Assembly: GCF_054482525.1 (NCBI RefSeq)
Contig: NZ_CM137006.1
Length of the DNA: 64,000 bases
Strand: one strand, 5' to 3'
Made by a program: the position numbers and the translations under genes. Positions 63,650 to 64,000 of the stretch are shown in pieces. The number at the start of each line of letters is the position of its first letter. Positions within the stretch are counted from its first letter, which is position 1. The notes under the pieces are model-generated. The model saw only the letters and a program-made list of their open reading frames with translations. It was not told the DNA's origin and ran no database searches.

Positions 63650-64000
63650 TTACAGACCTTTATGCGCCAGCATTGGTCCCAGCGGACGGCCACCCAACAA
63701 GTGCATATGGATGTGGTAAACCTCTTGTCCGCCGTGGCGGTTGGTGTTCATGATCAGACGATAGCCATCTTCGGCAATACCTTCTTGCTCAGCAATTTTT
63801 GCCGCTACGGTGATCATGCGTCCCAGCGCCTGCTCATGCTCAGCAGACACGTCGTTCACAGTTGGAATGAGGATATTTGGAATGATCAGAATATGCGTTG
63901 GCGCTTGCGGCGAAATATCGCGAAACGCCGTTACCAGATCATCCTGGTAGACGATATCGGAGGGGATCTCACGACGAATAATTTTGCTAAATATAGTTTC
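63650..64000 (-). CDS. hinT: Purine nucleoside phosphoramidase HinT (HIT family), 5' end truncated by window edge
   Basis: HIT motif HIHMHLLGG; reverse-strand reading at the window edge continues ...[14 protein letters not shown]..., so the start lies a few codons beyond 64000. Confidence 0.88.
   Translation of the reverse strand, partial: ETIFSKIIRREIPSDIVYQDDLVTAFRDISPQAPTHILIIPNILIPTVNDVSAEHEQALGRMITVAAKIAEQEGIAEDGYRLIMNTNRHGGQEVYHIHMHLLGGRPLGPMLAHKGL

Overview
The window is an Escherichia coli chromosomal segment made of two parts. (1) Positions 1 to about 29,570 are the integrase-proximal ~29.5 kb of a lambdoid prophage inserted into the 3' end of icd; the tail genes beyond V lie left of the window. 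It is a mosaic: head, packaging, cos, the right-end ORFs, bor, Rz/Rz1, R, ren, P, O-like, gam, bet and exo read as phage-lambda proteins, while the holin, the Q-like late regulator, the nin region (ybcN-ninE-ybcO-rusA), an AT-rich emrE/serine-recombinase/PEBP/AraC island, the cro/cI immunity region and the int/xis module are of non-lambda type. (2) Positions 29,575 to 64,000 are conserved host backbone: icd, rluE, nudJ, mnmA, hflD, purB, phoPQ, roxA, pepT, potABCD, ymfA, ycfZ, cobB, nagK, lolEDC, ycfT, mfd, ldtC, bhsA, comR, ycfJ, ndh, ycfP, nagZ, thiK, lpoB, ycfL and a partial hinT. No rRNA, tRNA, CRISPR array or IS element was seen. The best candidate for an undescribed system is a two-gene, AT-rich cassette (23398-24116) directly downstream of the prophage repressor, in the slot where lambda carries rexAB; neither protein matches a family I recognise. 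All identifications are from reading the translations and recalling known proteins; no database search or computed statistic was available. Start codons were trimmed where the supplied ORF track begins at a non-ATG codon upstream of the known N-terminus.
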